Below, piece after piece: positions 9,564 through 10,649 of a stretch of 10,649 nt of DNA (position 1 is the first letter of the stretch; the number at the start of each line of letters is the position of its first letter). Position numbers and translations under genes: made by a program. The DNA comes from Octopus sinensis (Eukaryota): the NCBI RefSeq assembly GCF_006345805.1, contig NW_021827364.1:1-10649 (forward strand), given 5' to 3'. Below the pieces are notes generated by a model. It saw only the letters and a program-made list of their open reading frames with translations. It made no database searches and was not told the origin of the DNA.

Positions 9564-9610
9564 ACTGATGTTTGCTGATGAGGTCTAATACATCGAAACA
9601 TGGCAACAGT
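9564..9610 (+). other. Degenerate minimal hammerhead-like motif (probably inactive)
   Basis: TTG-CTGATGA(9575-9581)-GGTCTAATACATC-GAAA(9595-9598)-CATG-GC-AACAGT. Core boxes have correct order and spacing with a palindromic CATG, but GGC stands where GTC is needed and stems I and II are weak. Confidence 0.4.
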
Positions 9611-9779
9611 TGCTGTCCTTTGCTTGCAATTGCTGCTAGGTTCCATTGTATTTTTCTCCAATTAAGATAAGAAATTTCAAATAATAATTATTTTTTCGTA
9701 CGATGTTCACTAATTATTCACTTACATGCCATTGGATTCATTGAGTTACTTATTATATTTTGTTATCTAGTTGAGTCAT

Positions 9780-9784
<5 letters not shown>

Positions 9785-9818
<34 letters not shown>

Positions 9819-9963
9819 GCATGAATACACACACACATACGTATATACATATATATGGAAAGGATAGAGATAGAGAAAGTGTGAGAGAGAAGGAGAGAGG
9901 GAGAACGGGGTTAGAGTAAGAGGGAGAAAAAGGGTGAGAGAGAGGGAGAGAAAGAGAGAAGAG
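9785..9963. repeat. (TA)n/(CA)n followed by GA-rich tract
   Basis: Direct inspection. Confidence 0.8.
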
Positions 9964-10055
9964 TTTGTTAGTGAGAGCTGTAGGAAAGTGCAGGGTCTAT
10001 GGCTTTTGTAGTATCCACAAGACTGGTGAGGTGGTGGCCGGGAACCTATTGCATC

Positions 10056-10310
10056 GACATGTACAGGGAGAGAGTTCCAGACAGTCGACATTACTATTTA
10101 CGTAGTGGTTACCACTGCACCACGAGAGTTGGACAAGCAAATGAGTGATAGGAGGAGAAGAGAACAGTGAGTCTTAAGTACGTGAGAGGAGGTAGTAAAG
10201 GACAGAGGCTTTTGTAGAAGCGGTGGAAAAGGTAGAGAGAGACAAAGAGAAGAGCGAGAAAGAGCGAGAGCATGTCCGTGGGTCAGAGATTTGAGTGTGT
10301 CTATCAATGA
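10056..10310 (-). mobile_element. Decayed non-LTR retrotransposon (LINE) ORF2 C-terminal fragment, CR1/L2/Jockey-group-like
   Basis: Manual translation across frameshifts gives LIDTLKSLTHGHA / VSLYLFHRFYKSLCPLLPPLTYLRLT..SSYH / VQLSWCSGNHYVNS / STVWNSLPVHV (WNSLP = 10079-10065). This is colinear with the typical post-RT motif series L.PL.HRR..SL.LFYRYY...C....PP...R.TR...H.......HY.NSF..RT..LWNSLP..V. Confidence 0.7.
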
Positions 10311-10649
10311 CAAAGTAGCAGACCCCAGTGATTCTTTGTACCACAAACGGGTTTCATACAAGGCAATTTTCCCATCGACCTGGGAATCACACACATAAGA
10401 AAACAGAATGAATTGCATAATACATAATTTAATTATTACATATACGGTGATGGGATGTGGTGAAACGTTCCTGGCTTTCAGGTTATCGTGAAAAGCTTGG
10501 TTTGAGGCTCAACTTGCCAAGTTCTTTTACAGGGTTTAGAAAAAATGAAGGACCACTGTAAATAAATCTTAGAGGAGAATATGTTGAATAAAATCATAAT
10601 TAATCGATTCTCATGTATTTCCTTCTACCCAAAGCCAAGAACTTTTAGC

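Noticed and set aside
9753-10418. ORFs of 112 aa and 106 aa as genes
   Set aside because: They are partial frames of the decayed LINE plus CT and TA microsatellite.
1-10649. CRISPR array or prokaryotic operon
   Set aside because: No regularly spaced direct repeats with unique spacers and no gene-dense organisation; the sequence is eukaryotic repeat-rich DNA.

Overview
AT-rich, non-coding eukaryotic DNA packed with microsatellites ((TA)n, (TACA)n, (AGAT)n, (AAT)n, (GT)n, (GA)n). The repeat landscape and SINE sequences resemble an Octopus (cephalopod) genome; this is an inference from recall, not a search. No intact protein-coding gene is supported, and almost all listed ORFs are translated microsatellites. 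Interspersed elements are two tRNA-headed SINEs, a SINE 3' fragment, a Tc1/mariner-type MITE with TA target duplication, a solo mariner-like TIR, a degenerate hAT-type MITE and a decayed LINE ORF2 C-terminus. The most interesting signal is an apparently intact type I hammerhead ribozyme on the minus strand (2615-2711). It has a palindromic stem III and an unusually long stem II, and lies in a ~355 bp non-coding unit bracketed by (TA)n, which suggests a retrozyme or non-autonomous Penelope-like element. A second, degenerate hammerhead-like motif lies at ~9564-9610 (+).
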